Of a stretch of DNA of 64,000 nt, positions 59,630-64,000 are shown piece after piece; within the stretch, counting starts at the first letter, position 1, and each line of letters begins with the position of its first letter. Origin of the DNA: Macrostomum hystrix (taxonomy: Eukaryota; Animalia; Platyhelminthes); assembly GCA_950097015.1 (NCBI GenBank), contig CATNEN010000007.1:4092001-4156000 (forward strand), written 5' to 3'. Under the pieces are notes generated by a model. It saw only the letters and a program-made list of their open reading frames with translations, ran no database searches and was not told the origin of the DNA. Position numbers and translations under genes: made by a program.

Positions 59630-61441
59630 CGTGGTTTGCGTTGGGTAGGATTTGATTGGCTGGAATTTAAAGTTGTGGAGGATTTGATTGGCTGGAATTT
59701 AAAGTTGGGTAGGATTTGGGATTGGATAGGATTTGATTGGCTGGAATGTAAAGTTGAGTTGGATTTGGGATTGGTTAGAATTTGATATGGGTTGGATTTA
59801 GGAAATTTTAGGATTTGAGTTTGGGTTGGATTTGAGGATATGTAGGATTTGAGGTAGAGTAGGATTTGAGGATATGTAGGATTTGAGTTTGGGTAGGATT
59901 TGAGGATATGTTGGATTTGAGGATATGTTGCATTTGAGGATATGTAGGATTTGAGTTTGGGTAGGATTTGAGGATATGTTGGATTTGAGGATATGTTGCA
60001 TTTGAGGATATGTAGGATTTGAGCATATGTAGGATTTGAGGATATGTAGGATTTGAGGATATGTAGGATTTGAGGATATGTTGGATTTGAGGATATGTAG
60101 GATTTGAGCATATGTAGGATTTGAGGATATGTAGGATTTGAGGATATGTAGGATTTGAGGATATTTAGGATTTGAGGATATGTAGGATTTGAGTTTGGGT
60201 AGGATTTGAGGATATGTAGGATTTGAGTTTGGGTAGGATTTGAGGATATGTAGGATTTGAGGATATGTAGGATTTGAGGATATGTTGGATTTGAGGATAT
60301 GTAGGATTTGAGTTTGGGTAGGATTTGAGGATATGTTGGATTTGAGGATATGTAGGATTTGAGTTTGGGTAGGATTTGAGGATATGTTGGATTTGAGGAT
60401 ATGTAGGATTTCAGGATATGTAGGATTTGAGGATATGTAGGATTTGAGGATATGTAGGATTTGAGGATATGTAGGATTTGAGGATATGTAGGATTTGAGG
60501 ATATGTTGGATTTGAGGATATGTTGGATTTGAGGATATGTAGGATTTGAGGTTGAGTAGGATTTGAGGATATGTAGGATTTGAGTTTGGGTAGGATTTGA
60601 GAATATGTAGGATTTGAAGATGGGTGGGATTTGAGGTTGGGTAGGATTTGAGGATATGTAGGATTTGAGTTTGGGTAGGATTTGAGGATATGTAGGATTT
60701 GAGTTTGGGTAGGATTTGAGAATCTGTAGGATTTGAGGTTGGGTAGGATTTGAAGGTTGGGTAGGATTTGAAGGTTGGGTAGGATTTGAAGGTTGGGTAG
60801 GATTTGAAGGTTGGGTAGGATTTGAGTTTGGGTAGGATTTGAGAATCTGTAGGATTTGAGGTTGGGTAGGATTTGAAGGTTGGGTAGGATTTGAAGGTTG
60901 GGTAGGATTTGAGTTTGGGTAGGATTTGAGAATCTGTAGGATTTGAGGTTGGGTAGGATTTGAAGGTTGGGTAGGATTTGAGTTTGGGTAGGATTTGAGA
61001 ATCTGTAGGATTTGAGGTTGGGTAGGATTTGAAGGTTGGGTAGGATTTGAAGGTTGGGTAGGATTTGAGTTTGGGTAGGATTTGAGAATCTGTAGGATTT
61101 GAGGTTGGGTAGGATTTGAAGGTTGGGTAGGATTTGAAGGTTGGGTAGGATTTGAGTTTGGTTAGGATTTGAGAATCTGTAGGATTTGAGGTTGGGTAGG
61201 ATTTGAAGGTTGGGTAGGATTTGAAGGTTGGGTAGGATTTGAGTTTGGGTAGGATTTGAGAATCTGTAGGATTTGAGGTTGGGTAGGATTTGAAGGTTGG
61301 GTAGGATTTGAAGGTTGGGTAGGATTTGAGTTTGGGTAGGATTTGAGAATCTGTAGGATTTGAGGTTGGGTAGGATTTGAGTTTGGGTAGGATTTGAGAA
61401 TCTGTAGGATTTGAGGTTGGGTAGGATTTGAAGGTTGGGTA
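59630..61441. repeat. Complex 17-18-bp satellite family with core TAGGATTTGA, nearly free of C on the + strand
   Basis: Units GGATTTGAGGATATGTA, GGATTTGAGTTTGGGTA, GGATTTGAAGGTTGGGTA, GGATTTGAGAATCTGTA; in the intron upstream of the receptor exon. Confidence 0.97.
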
Positions 61442-61840
61442 ATCTAGGCTTTAATTCTATGAATGCTGCATTATGCTTGTATTTATATATGGTGGTGCTC
61501 TAGGCAGTGTTTCGCAGAGTATAACGAGTGTTTCGAGAACTTCAAGCAGAGTGTAGCGGAAAGCCAACAATAGACTCACAATCCCAGCAGCAAGTGGATT
61601 ATTCAATGCTTAAAAGGGTTCCAAGAATCCCCACCGAAAGCTCAGTGACTTTCGGTGTTTGCCAATCGTTTCTACGCCATTGTTTTAGTGCAGCGGCGCC
61701 CAGCCAAATTTTCTGAGAGTTTTATAAATTCGAGCGAAGCATCCACAGAACATGTGGCGCAACCCAGCCTGAGCACTTTACATGCCTGCAAACAATAGGT
61801 GGGTTTCCAGGACCGATTCCTGCCTGCCTGCCTGCCTGCC

Positions 61841-62630
61841 TGCAGGCAATCAGCTATCCATGCAGGCAATCAGCTATCCATGCAGGCAATCAGCTATCCA
61901 TACAGGCAATCAGCTATCCATGCAGGCAATCAGCTATCCATGCAGGCAATCAGCTATCCAGGCAGGCAATCAGCTATCCATGCAGGCAATCAGCTATCCA
62001 GGCAGGCAATCAGCTATCCAGGCAGGCAACCAGCTATCCAGGCAGGCAATCAGCTATCCATGCAGGCAATCAGCTATCCATGCAGGCAATCAGCTATCCA
62101 TGCAGGCAATCAGCTATCCAGGCAGGCAATCAGCTATCCATGCAGGCAATCAGCTATCCAGGCAGGCAATCAGCTATCCATGCAGGCAATCAGCTATCCA
62201 GGCAGGCAATCAGCTATCCAGGCAGGCAATCAGCTATCCATGCAGGCAATCAGCTATCCAGGCAGGCAATCAGCTATCCATGCAGGCAATCAGCTATCCA
62301 TGCAGGCAATCAGCTATCCAGGCAGGCAATCAGCTATCCATGCAGGCAATCAGCTATCCAGGCAGGCAATCAGCTATCCAGGCAGGCAACCAGCTATCCA
62401 TGCAGGCAATCAGCTATCCATGCAGGCAATCAGCTATCCAGGCAGGCAATCAGCTATCCATGCAGGCAATCAGCTATCCATGCAGGCAATCAGCTATCCA
62501 GGCAGGCAATCAGCTATCCAGGCAGGCAATCAGCTATCCATGCAGGCAATCAGCTATCCATGCAGGCAATCAGCTATCCAGGCAGGCAATCAGCTATCCA
62601 TGCAGGCAATCAGCTATCCATGCAGGCACA
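61841..62630. repeat. 20-bp minisatellite (T/G)GCAGGCAATCAGCTATCCA, ~39 copies
   Basis: Direct reading. Confidence 0.97.
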
Positions 62631-63479
62631 CTGAAACTGGGGGATGGGGGAGTGAAGGCAACTGGTTCTCTTATCGCCAGATGGATGGCTCAGACCCGCT
62701 AATTAGCAGCCGGCGACGTTTTTCGCTTCCACTCAACTACGCTGCGGGTCTCTTGCGAAACAATAGAACAATACACGGGGGAACCGAGCTTCGTCACTCC
62801 GCCCACTGATCTGGGGTGGCCCAGCAACCCAGCTCTACCATTCAGACGCGCCCGCAACTGCGTCACCCACGCACTTGTTTTCTCTGAGAGTTCTCATTTC
62901 TCATTTGAGCTGTTCTCTTTCTCGCTCTGAAATTTCCCCGATCTCTCTCGTTTCTCGTTTCTGCACGAGTGTGGCAGGCCTTGCATGCACCTAGCTCGGC
63001 CTGCAGGCCGCCATCGCCTACCGTGCTACCTTTTTTCTGCGTTTCCTTCCCATTCCTTAGCAGTCAGCCTCCCCTCACCCAGCTCCATCTCTCGCATTCC
63101 CTGATCCCCGTTTCCAATGTAATTTATCCCCTACCCAAATCCTCGCCCTGCTTGGCTTCCCTCAATCAGTCCGCATCCTGGGGATCGGCTTGCAACACGA
63201 ATGCCCGGGCGAGGGAAGCGACTCCTCAGAGGGGAGATGGGGCGAAGGTTTGTGGGTACCTTTTTTCAATTTCTCATCCAACGCGTCATTAATCTCCAGC
63301 CGATGCTGCAATCATAAAAATCGCAGATTTTACTCCTGTAATATACTAATTTGGCAGGGTAGAAAATGGCGCGCTGACTTAGGCTCAGTCAGGTGGGACA
63401 ACTCATTGTGAGGAGCACTGAGATTCTGGGACGGGAATTTTGCTCTGCATCTCTATCTGGCTCCCGGAGTGGCATGCGG

Positions 63480-64000
63480 AGTGGATTGCTAGTCTATCCG
63501 CACTGAATGGAGGATTTGAATGGATTGCTAGTCTATCCCACTGAATGGAGGATATGAATGGATTGCTAGTCTATCCCACTTAATGGAGGATATGAATGGA
63601 TTGCTAGTCTATTCCACTGAATGGAGGATATGAATGGATTGCTAGTCTATCCCACTGAATGGAGGATATGAATGGATTGCTAGTCTATTCCACTGAATGG
63701 AGGATATGAATGGATTGCTAGTCTATCCCACTGAATGGAAGATATGAATGGATTGCTAGTCTATCCCACTGAATGGAGGATATGAATGGATTGCTAGTCT
63801 ATCCCACTGAATGGAGGATACGAATGGATTGCTAGTCTATCCCACTGAATGGAGGATATGAATGGATTGCTAGTCTATCCCACTGAATGGAGGATATGAA
63901 TGGATTGCTAGTCTATCCCACTTAATGGAGGATATGAATGGATTGCTAGTCTATCCCACTTAATGGAGGATATGAATGGATTGCTAGTCTATTCCACTGA
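63480..64000. repeat. 38-bp tandem repeat GAATGGATTGCTAGTCTATCCCACTGAATGGAGGATAT, runs off the window end
   Basis: Period 38 (63556 to 63594). Confidence 0.96.

Noticed and set aside
59146-60111. 321-aa ORF
   Set aside because: Satellite translation running into the wrong frame of the receptor exon.
61782-62809. 306, 336 and 184 aa ORFs
   Set aside because: Translations of the 20-bp array.
62640-63480. Search for the missing TM1-TM2 exon of the SPR-like gene
   Set aside because: No hydrophobic GN-containing segment with suitable splice sites was found; the exon is probably outside the window.
4266-64000. CRISPR-like reading of the regular repeats
   Set aside because: Units are head-to-tail with no unique spacers, no cas genes, and a eukaryotic context.

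Overview
Eukaryotic (invertebrate animal) genomic DNA: GC-rich spliced exons with poly-Q/poly-A tracts, and introns/intergenic gaps filled by locus-private minisatellites. The style resembles a free-living flatworm such as Macrostomum, but that is inference, not shown. Eight spliced genes were reconstructed by hand with splice phases checked: a two-finger Myt1/ST18 factor (-), an ankyrin-repeat TRP-type channel (-), ACP6-like acid phosphatase (+), sideroflexin (+, GC-AG intron), an orphan class A GPCR with a ~275-aa ectodomain (+), CFAP52/WDR16 (-), casein kinase 1 delta/epsilon (+) and the 3' part of a sex-peptide-receptor-like GPCR (-). Between 21.8 and 31.6 kb lies a transposon cluster: decayed RTE-type LINE, a foldback/MITE, a decayed piggyBac carrying a 31-nt LTR-like insert, and a 25-bp palindrome with an 8-bp target duplication. 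A tRNA-derived CORE-like SINE occurs in four forms. The most notable item is the channel gene at 9848-17343: 5-6 ankyrin repeats joined to a TRPM-type MHR4 region, S1-S6, TRP helix and coiled coil, with a degenerate pore/S6. No prokaryotic features or CRISPR arrays are present.
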